DNA from: an uncultured Verrucomicrobiae bacterium
GTDB taxonomy: Bacteria > Verrucomicrobiota > Verrucomicrobiia > Limisphaerales > Palsa-1400
Length of the DNA: 64,000 nucleotides
Reading direction: 5' to 3'
Assembly (NCBI GenBank): GCA_963764165.1
Contig: CAVXRD010000002.1
Span: 1,120,001-1,184,000 of the forward strand
The notes below the pieces were generated by a model that saw only the letters and a program-made list of their open reading frames with translations, was not told where the DNA came from and searched no databases. Positions 40,501-50,500 of the stretch are shown piece by piece (the stretch's first letter is position 1; each line of letters opens with the position of its first letter). A program made the translations under genes and the position numbers.

Positions 40501-42362
40501 GTGCCAGCCGGACTGGCTGGATTAAGGATCCCCGCCGCCGCCACGAACGGTCCACCCTGGATCAAGGAAGTGTTATACAATACGCCGCCGCCATTCATTT
40601 GGATGCCCGCGCCTCCGACAGCGCTCCCGCCGCTGGCGCCAGACAGAGTTCCGCTATTGGTGACAAAGCAGTTGGTGGAAAAAGAAAGTCCTGCCCCCCC
40701 TTCACCGCCATAACCGAAGCCGGACCCGGAATAATTGAGGGACCCAGTGCCGCCAGAGATGGTGCCGCTATTGATGACGGTCGCAACGGATGAAAACGCG
40801 GCTCCCGGGCCACCGCTGCTGGCTGATCCGCCGCCGCCTCCTTTGATGGAGCCTTCGTTGACCAGAATCCCATTCGTGTGGAATAACAGGCCTGTTCCTC
40901 CACCAGCGCCTACGTCAGAAATGCCTGAGGAACCGCCGCTGGCTGAGATAACGCCCGTGGCAAGGTTTGTCGCCAGGGCGAAGCCGGAAAAGCTGACACC
41001 GGAGCTGCCTGCCGCGCCTCCCGCAGAGCCGCCCGCAGAGATTTGTCCAGCGTTCACGAGTGTTCCGTTGGTCCTGTAGGAAACGCCAGTTCCTCCCGCT
41101 CCTTGCGCCCCCAAACCGGTCGAATTTCCTCCACCCCCCTGAATGATGCCCGATGCGTTGTTGTTTAATGTGCCGGAGCCGTTGAACGTCACAGCGTCGC
41201 CGGCGGATGCATTGCACCCGTTTCCTCCGGTAACCTGTCCCGAATTATCGAGCGTCCCGTTGGTGCTGTAGGAGACTCCCGTTCCTCCTGCGCCCGCCGC
41301 AGTCCCGCTGGCGTTCCCCGCTCCTGCAGCAATGATGCCGGAAGCCGTGTTGGTCAGGGTGCCGGCGCCGTGGAACGATACAGCGCTCCCTCCGTTGCCA
41401 TTGTTCCCCGCGCCGCCCTTAATGGAACCATCGTTCACAAAGTCGGCGTCGGACTGCGCATTAACTCCCCCTCCGCCGCCAGCGCCCGAAAGAAACGCGT
41501 CTCCACTGGCAGCGCCGCCCCCGGTGATCGTGCCAGCGTTATAGAATGCGCCCGCGTTCAAGTCCAACCCGTCGGCCCCGGGTCCAGGATTAGAAACAAT
41601 ATCATTGGTTCCAACTCCGCCCGTAATGTCGCTGCCTGCGGAATTGATAACCTCTCCGCCGTTATTGATCACGCCTGCCATTCCCGGATTGCCGTTGAGG
41701 GCACTGGCACTCCCCAGCCCGCCCAATTGCAATAGTCCGCCGTCGAGCGTGACCGATCCAAGATTATTTAGCCCTCCAAGCTGCAAGTCGCCCCCGACCA
41801 CCGTCAAAGGGCCGCCGGAGATAGGATTCGTGCAAACTACGGAGTAGCCGGTGCCTTCGAAGGTTAATCCATTAGCCGTGATCGTGACTGCGGAACCGCT
41901 AACGTCCCTGAAAAAATTTTGGCTGCTCTCGGTCGGGAAAAGGGTCGCGCCGTCAAAAGTCGCGGTGCCCAAGCCGCCTAAATCGAGGTAGCTGGCGAAC
42001 AGCGTTCCGCCGTTGCTCACAACTATAAAATTCGTTATTCCCGCCCCGGTCGAGTAGATCGCGCCGGTATAGAGCGACCCACCGTTGATGACGATTCCGC
42101 TGCCGGATCCCAAGCCGACAGAATTTGCCAGGCCTGAAACGTTTGTCGGCACGAATACCTGGTTGCCGTTTAGAATCAGGGCGGTATCCGACAGTGTCGG
42201 GACAAACGGATTCCAATTTGCCGCCGTGTTCCAATTGCCGTTTGGACTGACAAAGGAGTCGATGCCTGCCTTGGCAGACGCCACACCTGTGGCGACGATG
42301 GCAAAGGAAAGTAAAAAACGGGCGCGCTCAAGTTTTAAGGTCATGCCGGTTACGTGTTTCAT
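37551..42362 (-). CDS. Large exported adhesin-like protein (Gly-rich beta-helix passenger-like repeats, FN3-like and discoidin-like domains, FFRL tail)
   Basis: Signal peptide MKHVTGMTLKLERARFLLSFAIVATGVASAKA; GSGTVILTGANTYEGQTLLDGGTL passenger repeats; YG...YG...GLLPTTTYHYR FN3-like; SP..QG..NAIDG...QVAEVEF discoidin-like; no beta-barrel. Confidence 0.88.
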   Translation of the reverse strand: MKHVTGMTLKLERARFLLSFAIVATGVASAKAGIDSFVSPNGNWNTAANWNPFVPTLSDTALILNGNQVFVPTNVSGLANSVGLGSGSGIVINGGSLYTGAIYSTGAGITNFIVVSNGGTLFASYLDLGGLGTATFDGATLFPTESSQNFFRDVSGSAVTITANGLTFEGTGYSVVCTNPISGGPLTVVGGDLQLGGLNNLGSVTLDGGLLQLGGLGSASALNGNPGMAGVINNGGEVINSAGSDITGGVGTNDIVSNPGPGADGLDLNAGAFYNAGTITGGGAASGDAFLSGAGGGGGVNAQSDADFVNDGSIKGGAGNNGNGGSAVSFHGAGTLTNTASGIIAAGAGNASGTAAGAGGTGVSYSTNGTLDNSGQVTGGNGCNASAGDAVTFNGSGTLNNNASGIIQGGGGNSTGLGAQGAGGTGVSYRTNGTLVNAGQISAGGSAGGAAGSSGVSFSGFALATNLATGVISASGGSSGISDVGAGGGTGLLFHTNGILVNEGSIKGGGGGSASSGGPGAAFSSVATVINSGTISGGTGSLNYSGSGFGYGGEGGAGLSFSTNCFVTNSGTLSGASGGSAVGGAGIQMNGGGVLYNTSLIQGGPFVAAAGILNPASPAGTGVVTRGAAATVINAGTIKNGISMGNYPNQLTVLPGSAISGGVNLGNSTSSQLIFGGAGAPSMASAVSGGVTMSGDVIVQGGGTWGLDMTLPGSNTTYINGSYLEVTNGGNLGFATTVNNGILQFNRSDVSTVPQSIGGTGSLQNLGSGTVILTGANTYEGQTLLDGGTLVVSNSGASITSPSSALYVGNSSAATLVVAGGAKVIHQAAYLAYNTGASGTVIVKDAGSQWISLNAINVGYNNTGFLTVEGGAMVFANGAPIFLGQNSAAASGTLQIGNGGAPGILDVPEIVAGQGTGNVIFNHASTNYYLTQDGTSGGAAVPLFGNLSVTQNSGTTALLATNTYSGVTTVNGGTLAINGLLNGGAAVAVNGGILSGAGTVTGTVAVGNGGGISPGFPMGTLSSGSETWSSGMDFNWNLGLAQGVAGTNWGLLQISGDLAINASNAAPIRISPHTLPGVTTGFNASNSASWTIATYTGNLTGFSSNLFVIDVSSFASETYAGHFYVSANVPHQLQLVFVPNFTPVIIGVTGAETNARSAVVETSVNTAVNPIQLTIQYGTNTSYGQTTEVQTIPANPKLATLATVIGGLLPTTTYHYRVALTWSGGTILGADATFTTTADATVFGVTSPGDWITATSTNSPAGQGVNNAIDGVIQTVYANDDIFNTGFTVFPSGRQVVTALTFISAPDHPEDDPSSFVLAGSDDGSNFVTIASNGIPPFIARDSIQSVRFANTTAYSEYQLTFPTVSNSAAATAMQVAEVEFLPFGEITSSSDDVSVTLREGASFPSGYTLSGLFDRQVGQLTNKFVLMSGTNSCQVDLTPALGSSVLKGIEMIGGSDDTSYPGRVPSSLTIEGTVDGFHYATLLSAAPKAATSNLEIQQFSAETNTVACTSYRITIGAPQSGTVVQLGELRLFGVFPGAQLNIAQAKGSVSLSWTASGYTLQSSADLSLGNWVNVTNSVTSANGTNSVTLPTDGASQFFRLAQ

Positions 42363-42427
42363 AAGCTGTAATTTTATTTGGATGCTGGTCACAGTCGGAT
42401 CACAACGATTAGTTCTCCGATTCACCT

Positions 42428-42458
42428 CATACAGAGCTCTTTGAAAACCGAAGTTTCA
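42428..42458 (-). promoter_or_regulatory. Candidate ECF-sigma promoter P1
   Basis: TGAAAC-N20-GTATG, about 66 nt upstream of ATG 42362. Confidence 0.6.
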
Positions 42459-42649
42459 GAAAATCGAAAATAAATGAGCCCTGGCTGGCCGGAGGAAAAG
42501 CCGGTTCCCAAGACCCATTGCCGAAAGGGCCACGTGAATTTTCGAGTGGGGGATTGGTTTACCAAAGGTGTAGCGCAGCTTCGGAGGCCGCGCCGCGAAA
42601 TCCGGAACCCCGGCAGCCCAGTCCCGCCGGAGTTCGCTGACCAAGCCGC

Positions 42650-45600
42650 CTATTGCGCCAATCGGAAAAACTTGGCCGCGCTATCCATCGAAAGCGTGAC
42701 GGAATTGCTTCCGTTGGCGCTGCTGACGGAATTTGTGACCGCGATCCAGTTCGCGGACTCGAGATCGGCATTGGATTGCAGTGTAAAACCGGTGCCCGTC
42801 CAGCTTAAGTTCACACTTTGATTCATCAGCGCTATGTTCAACTGCGGTCCCACGGTCAGCCCGAAGAATCGCAGCTCGCCGACTTGCAAAACGCTCGAAT
42901 TCTGCGGCTTGCCCAGCGTGATTCGATAAGACGAATAGACGCTGGAATTTGTTTCGACGGAGAATTGCTGGATTTGAAAATCGTTCGTCGGCGCAACAGG
43001 ATTCACCGACAGCACTCTGAGATAATTGGAACCGTCGACAGTTCCGTCAACCGTTAGCGTGGAAGGGGCGCGGCCCGGATATTTAACATCATCATCGCCA
43101 GCAATCATTTCGACCCCTTTCAGCACCGACGTTCCTGCCGCTGGAGTCAGGTACACTTCACACGCGCCATTGTCCGACACCAAGTTAAACTTATTCGTGT
43201 CTTGAGCCAGTTGCCGGTCGAACAATGCGCTCACGCTGTATCCCGAAGGCACGCTCGCTCCGCCCGGCAGCGTCAGGCTGACGGCATCATTGCTGGACGT
43301 GATCTCGCCAAAGGGCATGAATTCCACCTCGGCAATCTGCATGGCGGCCGCGGTCGCGGGATTGGCCACCGTCGGAAATGTCAGCCGATATTCATTGTAT
43401 GCGGTTGAATTAGGAAATGTAACTGATTGGATGGAGTTGGGCGCCGGAAATGGCGGAATGGCATTGCTCGCAATCGTGACAAAGTTCGTTCCATCGAAAG
43501 AACCAGCCAGCACGAAAGACGTTGGATCATCTTCCGGGTGGCTGGCCGCGCTGATAAATGTTAGCGCGGTCACAACGCTGTCGCCGGCGGGGAATACTGA
43601 AAATCCAGTGTTAAAAACATCATCATTTGCATAGACCGTTCCAATGTTTCCATCAATCGCGTTGTTCGCTCCTTCACCCGCCGGGCTGTTGGTGGAGGTC
43701 GCCTGCAAGAAATCGCCGGCCCTGGTGATTCCAAAAACTGTCGCGTCCGCCGTGGTGGAGAAGGTTTCATCGGCTCCTTCAATCGTTCCACCGGACCAGG
43801 TTAGAACCGTCCGATAATGATAGGTTGTCTTTGGCTGGAGATCCAGGATAACGGTTTCCGGGCTTGCCAGCTTCGGCAAGCTATTGATTGACTGGACAGA
43901 CGTCGACTGACCATAGCTTGCGTTAGTTCCGTATTGGATGGTCAATTGAATGGGACTGGCGGCGGTGTTGATCGCTGTTTTGACGACCGCGTAGCGCGCG
44001 TTTGTTTCCACCACGGCTTCTCCCGTAATGGACGGAGTGAAGTTCGGGACAAACACTAATTGCAATTGATGCGGGACGTCCGCCGAAACATGGAACTGGC
44101 CGGCATAGGTCTCATTCAGAAAATTCGTCGCATCGATGACAAACAGATTTGAATTGAATCCAGTTAAATTCCCGGTGTAGGTGGCAATTGTCCATGCGCC
44201 GCTGTTGGAGCCATTGAATCCACTGGCCAATCCCGGCAGGCTTCCGTTAAAGGTGCGCAGAGAAACGCGCATCGACCCGGCGTTTGAAGCATTGATTGCC
44301 AGGTCTCCAGTGATTTGCAGCAGGCCCCAGTTGGTTCCGGCAAGCCCGGTGGAGGACGCAAGATTCCAATAGAAAGCAGTGCCAGGCCCCCATGTTTCCG
44401 AAGGGGTGTTTAGCGTGCCCACCGGCGACCCCGGCGAAACTCCGCCCCCATTTCCGATGGCCACCGTTCCTGTGACCGTGCCGGCGCCGGCAAGGGTGCC
44501 TCCATTGGCTGTAATCGCCGGGCTTCCATTCAGCAAGCCGTCAATCGCCAGTGTTCCCCCGTTGATCGTGGTTGGACCCGAATAGGAATTTGTCCCGAGA
44601 AGCGTCGTCATTCCAGAATTGTTGGTGACACTCAGGTTGCCGCTCAATGGGACAGCCAAGCCGCCAGCGGTGCCATCCTGGGTCAAATAATAATTGGAGT
44701 TGGTATGATCGAAAATCACGACGCCTGTCCCGGCGCCCACGGTCACCGCAGATATATTCAAAAGGCCGGCAGAATCTCCATTCCCGATCTGCAATGTTCC
44801 CACTGCAGGATGAAGCCCGAAAGAATTCTTCTCTCCCAGCACAATTTGCCCGCTGCCACCGTTCACGGTCACCTTGGCGCCGCCTTCAACAGTTAAACTG
44901 CCAGCGTTGAAATAGCCCACCGTAAGGCTGTTGATGTTATTCCATTCCGAGCCCGCACCTTTCACCGTCACCGTGCTGCCCGAAGCAAAAAGCGTTTCAG
45001 CCAGGGTGGCATTGTTGTCGGTGAAAGCAGCTCCACCTGAAACCACCAAAGAGGCCGCGCTGTTATTGCCGACGATGAGATCCGCGCCAGGAGAGTATAT
45101 GGCGGCCCCGTTGCTCGATACTTGCAATGTCCCGCCCTCAAGGATGGTGCCGCCCGCAAACGTATTTGAGCCTGTTAACGTAACAGTTCCAGAGCCGGTG
45201 TTCTGGAACGATCCCGAACCGCTGATGGACGCTGCGAATGTGGAAGAATCGGATCGATTGAATTCCAAAACGCCGTCGTTTACCAAGGAAATTGAACCAA
45301 GGCTGCCGCCGTTGACGACTTGAAGAGAGCTTCCATTCAAGTAAGTCGTGCCAGTGGTGGGAATCGCCATGTCCAAATTCCAAGTGCCGCCCCCCTCCAC
45401 CACAACCTGGCCATTAAAGGTCAAACCGCCGCTGATGGTGGAAGACATATTTGTTACCCCGTCTCCATCAAAAATCAATTGCGAGTCTGTTGAATTTCCC
45501 AAGTTGGCGCCGCCAGAAATGTGGCTGCCGGGAAAAACGGAAAGCTGGTTGCCAAAGTTGCTGCCCATGGTGATGCCGTTATTGATGGTGCCTTCATTGA

Positions 45601-47032
45601 TGACTGTCCCTGGTCCGCCCTGGATAACAACGCCAGTGCCCGAAGAACTGCCGGAGGAACCAAAACTGCCCCCAACTCCAGAGCCGCCTTGAACCAACGC
45701 GGCGTTGAACAACACTCCGCCGTCATTCATTTGAATGCCCGTGCCGCCACCGCCAGCACTCGCGAAGCCTGAAGAACCTCCACCGCCAGAGATCATGCCC
45801 CCGGAAAGATTTGTCACAGTCGCGAAAGCTGAAAAGGACACGCCTGTGGCGCCGCCACCGCCAGAGCTGCCATTGCCGCCGCTAATTTGACCCGAGTTGA
45901 TCAAGATCCCCGCCTCTTTGTAGGATAGGCCGGTGCCCCCTCCGCCGCCGTTGAAAAAGGTACCGCCGCTGCCCGGGCCGCCAGTAATTGACCCCGTGGC
46001 GCCATTGGTTAGTGTCCCCGTCCCCGCAAAGGCGACTGCCGTTCCGCCACCTCCTCCATCCGAGCCGCCGCCGCCTTGGATCGAGCCAAGATTCGTGAAC
46101 GAGGTTCCTGAGGCGGCCGAAACTCCAGTCCCGCCACTGGCGCCGCCGGTAAGAGCCCCAGACCCGGCCCCAGCCCCGTTGATCGTGCCGCTGTTCAACA
46201 GGCCGCCGCCGAGCTTCAGGTCTAAACCGTCGCCGCCTGTGCCATCGCCGCTGGAAAATCCGCCCCCCGCTCCGGAACCGCCGGTAATGACACTGCTGGC
46301 GGCATTGACCAGCATGCCGCCGCTGTTGATCACCGCGCCCGGATTCCCCGAACTTCCCGCGCCCGCGACAGAGCTGGGGACATTGAGTCCTCCCAATTGG
46401 AGAGTGCCGCCGTTAACGGTGACCAACCCAAAATTATTGCTGCCTGCAAGCTCGACCGCGCCACCGGCCACTGTAAGCGGCCCGCCGTTAAACGCGTTCG
46501 TAAACACGACGCTGTATATGCTGCTATTGAAAGTCACGCCGCCGCTGTTGATGGTCACGCCGGAAGGGCCCAGGTTGCGAAAGAATCCAGTGATATTGGC
46601 CGTTGGCTGGATGGTTGCCCCATTGAGCGTCACCGTGCCGAGGCCGCCTAGATCGACTTCGCCAGCCGCCAGCGTTCCGCCACCCGAGACAACGACAAAA
46701 TTGGAAGTTCCGGGCGCCGCTGGAGCAATGTTTGGGGCAACGACCTTTCCACCATTGATCGTGAGTGTGCTGCCGATCCCAAGGCCAAGAGCCTGGGCAA
46801 CACCTGTTACTCCAGAGGGAACCGATACTTTGTTGCTATTCGAGATAATGGCAACATCCGTGGCGCTGGGAACGGCTGCATTCCAATTTGAAGCAACATT
46901 CCAATTTCCGTTTGAATTGATGAAATATTGCGTGTCCGCTCTCAGTGACGTCAAACCTGTGGCGACGATGGCAAAGGAGAGTAAAAAACGGGCGCGCTCA
47001 AGTTTTAACGTCAGGCCGGGTGCGTGTTTCAT
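42650..47032 (-). CDS. Large exported adhesin-like protein, paralog of 37551-42362
   Basis: Same domain order and a near-identical signal peptide (MKHAPGLTLKLERARFLLSFAIVATG); ends KFFRLAQ. Confidence 0.88.
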   Translation of the reverse strand: MKHAPGLTLKLERARFLLSFAIVATGLTSLRADTQYFINSNGNWNVASNWNAAVPSATDVAIISNSNKVSVPSGVTGVAQALGLGIGSTLTINGGKVVAPNIAPAAPGTSNFVVVSGGGTLAAGEVDLGGLGTVTLNGATIQPTANITGFFRNLGPSGVTINSGGVTFNSSIYSVVFTNAFNGGPLTVAGGAVELAGSNNFGLVTVNGGTLQLGGLNVPSSVAGAGSSGNPGAVINSGGMLVNAASSVITGGSGAGGGFSSGDGTGGDGLDLKLGGGLLNSGTINGAGAGSGALTGGASGGTGVSAASGTSFTNLGSIQGGGGSDGGGGGTAVAFAGTGTLTNGATGSITGGPGSGGTFFNGGGGGTGLSYKEAGILINSGQISGGNGSSGGGGATGVSFSAFATVTNLSGGMISGGGGSSGFASAGGGGTGIQMNDGGVLFNAALVQGGSGVGGSFGSSGSSSGTGVVIQGGPGTVINEGTINNGITMGSNFGNQLSVFPGSHISGGANLGNSTDSQLIFDGDGVTNMSSTISGGLTFNGQVVVEGGGTWNLDMAIPTTGTTYLNGSSLQVVNGGSLGSISLVNDGVLEFNRSDSSTFAASISGSGSFQNTGSGTVTLTGSNTFAGGTILEGGTLQVSSNGAAIYSPGADLIVGNNSAASLVVSGGAAFTDNNATLAETLFASGSTVTVKGAGSEWNNINSLTVGYFNAGSLTVEGGAKVTVNGGSGQIVLGEKNSFGLHPAVGTLQIGNGDSAGLLNISAVTVGAGTGVVIFDHTNSNYYLTQDGTAGGLAVPLSGNLSVTNNSGMTTLLGTNSYSGPTTINGGTLAIDGLLNGSPAITANGGTLAGAGTVTGTVAIGNGGGVSPGSPVGTLNTPSETWGPGTAFYWNLASSTGLAGTNWGLLQITGDLAINASNAGSMRVSLRTFNGSLPGLASGFNGSNSGAWTIATYTGNLTGFNSNLFVIDATNFLNETYAGQFHVSADVPHQLQLVFVPNFTPSITGEAVVETNARYAVVKTAINTAASPIQLTIQYGTNASYGQSTSVQSINSLPKLASPETVILDLQPKTTYHYRTVLTWSGGTIEGADETFSTTADATVFGITRAGDFLQATSTNSPAGEGANNAIDGNIGTVYANDDVFNTGFSVFPAGDSVVTALTFISAASHPEDDPTSFVLAGSFDGTNFVTIASNAIPPFPAPNSIQSVTFPNSTAYNEYRLTFPTVANPATAAAMQIAEVEFMPFGEITSSNDAVSLTLPGGASVPSGYSVSALFDRQLAQDTNKFNLVSDNGACEVYLTPAAGTSVLKGVEMIAGDDDVKYPGRAPSTLTVDGTVDGSNYLRVLSVNPVAPTNDFQIQQFSVETNSSVYSSYRITLGKPQNSSVLQVGELRFFGLTVGPQLNIALMNQSVNLSWTGTGFTLQSNADLESANWIAVTNSVSSANGSNSVTLSMDSAAKFFRLAQ

Positions 47033-47099
47033 AGGCTGTAATTTTATTGTGAATGCTGCTTTCGGTCGGATCACCAAGATCAAGTTCTCCGATCCACCT

Positions 47100-47130
47100 C
47101 ATACATAGCTGTTTGAAAACCGAAGTTTCA
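47100..47130 (-). promoter_or_regulatory. Candidate ECF-sigma promoter P2
   Basis: TGAAAC-N20-GTATG, about 68 nt upstream of ATG 47032. Confidence 0.6.
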
Positions 47131-47245
47131 GAAAATCGAAAATAAACGAAAGCCCTGACTGGCCGGAGGTCACTCCGGTTCCGAAGGTTCCTCGACGATG
47201 TCGGTGGAATAGCGGTGTCAAATTTGATTCGTTTCGGCGAAGAAA

Positions 47246-47410
47246 CTCTGCGTTCTCCGCGCCTCTGCGCGCGATTGAGTTTAATGCCACGATGAAACCA
47301 AATGGGACCACCACACCGTTCGTCGATGCCGCTTGCCGCGTCCACCGCGCATCGTCAATGGCCTGCAGGAGGGGAAAGAATCTTCGCGCAGAGAAGATGA
47401 GTGCGCAGAG
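47246..47410. repeat. Inverted partial copy of the 7018-7337 / 8431-8758 repeat core
   Basis: CTCTGCG.TCTCCG.GCCTC.GCGCGCGATTG.GTTT.ATGCCAC.ATGAAACCAAA...TCGCGCAGAGAAGATGAGTGCGCAGAG matches the reverse complement of about 8472-8580, with extra internal sequence. Confidence 0.75.
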
Positions 47411-47472
47411 AAACACAAAGACAAATCCGCACTCCGCCGAAAACAGTGAGGAACCGCTCCGAAGCCTTTCAT

Positions 47473-47560
47473 AACAGAAGGTAACGAAGTGAACGAAAGG
47501 GTGCATACCGACTGCCCAACGCAGCTCACCCCCCCTTCGTGTCCTTCGTTTCCTTCTGTT
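47473..47560. repeat. Hairpin repeat (AACAGAAGG family)
   Basis: Same arms as 13840-13925. Confidence 0.75.
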
Positions 47561-47594
47561 GGCAATTCTGCCCCCAACCTTGCAGTATTGAAGG

Positions 47595-50500
47595 CTAGCG
47601 TGAGGATGCAAAGTTGCGTCGGGCCGCGCTCAGGCGAGTCAAAATTGACGGGTCGCCAGGCGTCCCCATTGCCAGCCGATCGAGATGAAAAACGGCGGAA
47701 AACCAATCGCCGCGGAGTTCTGCCATCACAGCTTGCTGATTATGCCACGGTCGAAGATCTTGCGGCCATTCCGGGCCGGCCTGGCCGCCATTCAGGGAGG
47801 CGAAAGTGCCAGCCAGCTCTTGAGCTGTCATAGGCATGCCCACCCGCATTCCTGTCATCGCTTCCACCATTAATTCAAGTTGCCGGTTGCTTGGTGGCTC
47901 GGACGGCAGGTCAATCACCCAGACAGCGGCGGATGCGCCGCCTGTGCTCACGTAAAGGCGGCGGCCGTTCCTCGAAAAAACCAGCGAGGAAACGCTGCCG
48001 TTGAAATGCATGGGCGGCATGAGGGCGTCACCGCGCACGGTTTCCCAAATATTCACCGCGCCATCGGCTGCGCCGGAGGCCAGCACCCGGCCATCCGCCC
48101 GGAACGCAAGAGCGCTCACAACGCGGCGATGCCGAAGTTCGCCGGTTGCCGGGCTTCCGTCTGCCGCGCGCCAGAGGTGAACGACATTATCCTCACCTCC
48201 TGTGGCAATGAGAGCGCCGTCTGGAGAAAATCTCATCGAGGAAACACCGTCGCCGTGCCGGAGGGGCGCGGCCGTCGGCTGCAATCCAGGCAGCGCATAA
48301 ATCCGCGCGGCGGACGGTTCGATGTCGCTGTTGCCGAAAGCAATCGCAATTCGGTCAGCCGCGGGATCGAACTGCGCCTCGCTAAATGTGTCGAGAGGGC
48401 CGCCGACAATGGGTTTCCCGCAAGACAGACCCGATTTGGCGTCCCAGACTTCCGCGGAACGGCCGCCTGCTGTACAGATCCACCGGCCGTTCGGACTCCA
48501 GCAAATCGTCTTTGCCGGCTCGCGCAAGTCGATGCTTGAGCCAAGCGGCTGGCCGTCCGATGTCCGCCAGAGTTGCAGCAGCCCCCGGCTCGTCGCGGTG
48601 GCAAATTCGCTTCCATCGGGCCGGAAGGCGACCCGGCTGATATCTTCCAGCGCCGGATTGTCGCCTGCCTGCAATTTCAAAAGCATTTTTCCAGTGGAGA
48701 AATCGTTGATTTGCAGGCCGCGTTTTCCCAGCGCCAGCGCAATGTGGCCGGGCCCCGCATCGAGCGAAATTTGCTGAACCCCACCCGGAACTGTAACCGG
48801 CTGGCCTTGCAGCTCGCCGGTTTCCAAATTGAAAATATGGCAGGTGCCATGGCGGTCGGCCAGGATCATCCAGCGGCCATCGGGCGTGTTTGCCATTCGC
48901 GTCATCGCCTCACCGTTCACCAGCAACGGCTGTGCGCCGAAGGACAAGTCCCATACTTGCACGCAGCCTGCGGCGTCGCCCGCCGCCAGAAACCGGCTGT
49001 CGTCGCTAAACGCGATTTCCTGGATCAGAGTTGTCCGGTGAACCGTTGGCATGGCGGGTTTTTGGCTGTCCGTGTGTACAAGCCGCAACTGATAATCGAA
49101 GCCAGCGGTCGCCAGCCACGCGCCATCCGGGCTGAACACGATTTTGTTGACACCACCTTCGTGAATCACCGTCTGGCCATGCGGTTCGCTGGTGGAGGTG
49201 TCCCAGATGCGCGCTGGCTCTTGAAATCCGCCCGTTGCGAATTGCCGCCCGTCAGGTTTCATTTCAATGACCTGCCAGTTCTCCGGCGACGGGACGGAGG
49301 CCATGGTTTCCCCCGTGCGCCAACGCAGGACCTTTATGCGGTTAGTCGAATAGCAAAGCAGCCGTTCACCTTCCTGGTCCAACTTCGGCGGAACCCATGG
49401 AAAGACAGGCGACTCTTCCTGCTTCACGAGGGCGCCAGTGGCCACGCTCCAGGCATAAGCGCGATCCCCCTCATGCACTGTCAGCAATGTTTTTCCATCC
49501 CGGGAAAAACACATCCAAAACGCCGGGCTGTTGTTGGTTGTTGCAACGGAAAGCCGCTCACCGGTCTCTGTGCTCCAAAATTGGATCGGCACGCCCCCGG
49601 TCGCCACAATTTTGCCGTCCGGGCTGAATGCAGCCATAACGGGTTGGTTGGACTCCATCGCGAGGGAAACGACCGCGTTATCGGTTAAACGACGTATGGA
49701 CGCGTAGGGTAGTCGGTTGAAAAACTCGAGGACTTGGGAGCCATTGGGATCGAGAATCGTGTCGTGCGCGCCTGGGCGCGGAGTGGCCAGTTTTCGAGAA
49801 TTTTGCGTGGTCAGGTTCCACACACATGTTTCTCCATCTTGCAAAATCGCAATCAGGCGGCGGCCATCCTTGGAAAATTGAAGTTTGCCCGGAATTCCGC
49901 CAGCGTCCCAGACGCGCATGAGCCTGGGCGAGTTCTGGAGAGTGCCTGCGACTCTTTCGGCGACGGAATGCTGCACGTCCGGCTCGTCGCGGCAAAGCCG
50001 CGCGGCGTCGATCAGTGGAGCAAGCCCCGCGAAACCTTCATTGGCCGAATTTAGCCGCCCACTCTCGCGCAAATCCTGTGTCAGCAGCGCGTGGCGGCTG
50101 GCAGCTTCGTTCGCATTCGCGATGGCTCGGGCGCGGTTCAGGCGCACGTTGAAAGCAAGCGAGCCGATGGTGATAACAACGAGAGCAAGAAGAGAAATCA
50201 GAATGAGTCCGCTCTGGGCAGGATGGCGGCGCACCCATTTGTGCATGCGCTGCGTGGCCGTGCTGGGCCGCGCTTGAATCGGCTCGCCGCGCAAAGCATT
50301 TTCAACGTCCTCAATTAATTCCGCCGCGCTGCGGTAACGGCGCTCCGGTTCTTTCTCAAGGCACTTGAGGCAGATGGCCTCCAGATCCGCGTGCAAGGCG
50401 GACGCCGGCAACGCAGTTTCCATGCGGCGCAGCGGGGTCGGCTCTTCCTCGGCAATCTTTCGCAGCAGCGCATGCGGATTTGGCCCTTCAAACGGCGGCC

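Noticed and set aside
37551..47032. Classical type V autotransporters
   Set aside because: Passenger-like repeats are present, but there is no C-terminal beta-barrel of about 300 aa.
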